A stretch of 62,758 nucleotides of DNA, counting the filler, from Nemertoderma westbladi (lineage: Eukaryota; Animalia; Xenacoelomorpha): assembly GCA_032718475.1 (NCBI GenBank). It is 3 parts of 3 records of this genome, joined end to end, with 100 filler letters (N's around TTAATTAATTAA, not from the genome) between each part and the next. Parts side by side here need not be neighbours in the genome. Positions count along the whole stretch, not along the records: positions 41,992 to 62,758 come from JAUCBJ010001050.1; 2 more parts are not named here. The stretch is one strand, 5' to 3'. The notes under the pieces are model-generated. The model was given only the letters and a program-made list of their open reading frames with translations, was not told where the DNA came from and did no database searches. Within the stretch, counting starts at the first letter, position 1. Every line of letters begins with the position of its first letter. The position numbers and the translations under genes were made by a program. Positions 62,144 to 62,758 of the stretch are shown one piece after another.

Positions 62144-62712
62144 TTATGCTTTATATCTGACTGATGAATCTCTTGACTGAAGTAAGCTTTCTATGGAATC
62201 TGCAGTCACTTCTTCTTTAATTAACAATTCGCATTCTTCGGAGACATTTTTATGTTTGAAAGCGTCGCCTTTGTGGCAGAATAGGACTACTATGATCATA
62301 ATTGCAACCACCGGTAGAATAAATCCGAAGGTTGAGATTCCTCTCTCGAATCCAAGGTTGTCTACGACTGGTCCCGCTATCAGCGGACCAATGAACAACC
62401 CCATAGCGTCGCTCATCGTTAATGTGTAGGAATACACTGCGGCGTTCTCCAATCTGTCTTCCCACTTTAGCCGTCTAAAGCAAACTCTATACAGACTTTC
62501 TATGTAGGCGATCCCGCAAAAACCGACACCGCTACCAAACACAACAGCCCCAAACAGTATAACCGTCACGTCACCTTCTTTTTCGAACGAAGGCAACGGG
62601 CCTAGAAGCAGCATTCCGAGATACACTATAAACATTCCGCAGACAGTCACGTACAGCGGGTTCACTCGCGGTACTTTGTGCATCAAACAGCCCCAAACGA
62701 AGGAAAAACTGT
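62144..62712 (-). CDS. 3' coding part of a second SLC18B1-like MFS transporter
   Basis: LLLGPLP, MGLFIGPLIAGPVVDNLGFE, several TM segments, stop at 62144. Confidence 0.8.
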
Positions 62713-62758
62713 ACGCGCTTTTATAGACCTTCAGCAGTTTAACCTGCCGAAATTTATA

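Overview
AT-rich eukaryotic (invertebrate-animal-like) genomic window made mostly of nested transposable elements, with two assembly gaps carrying an artificial TTAATTAATTAA linker. Left third: a Gypsy integrase remnant, then the 5' part of a BEL/Pao-family element carrying four nested insertions, each with an intact target-site duplication (an intron-containing hAT-like transposon with a 7-bp TSD, a CCC-ended EnSpm-like element, a Mag-type Gypsy with identical LTRs, and a hAT foldback MITE). Middle: an ORF-track-invisible DEG/ENaC (ASIC-like) exon, a decayed piggyBac, two BEL/Pao elements fused tail-to-tail, piggyBac and Helentron-like non-autonomous elements. After the second gap: an intact Maverick/Polinton (adintovirus-like) virion module (core protein, major capsid protein, adenain protease) running to a palindromic AGTAGT-type terminus. 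Right third: LINE fragments hosting a Harbinger MITE and a full-length Copia that is itself interrupted by a Crypton-like element, then host genes (two SLC18B1-like MFS transporter pieces and an intronless BAP31/BCAP29-like gene). All family calls come from motif recognition; no database search was run.
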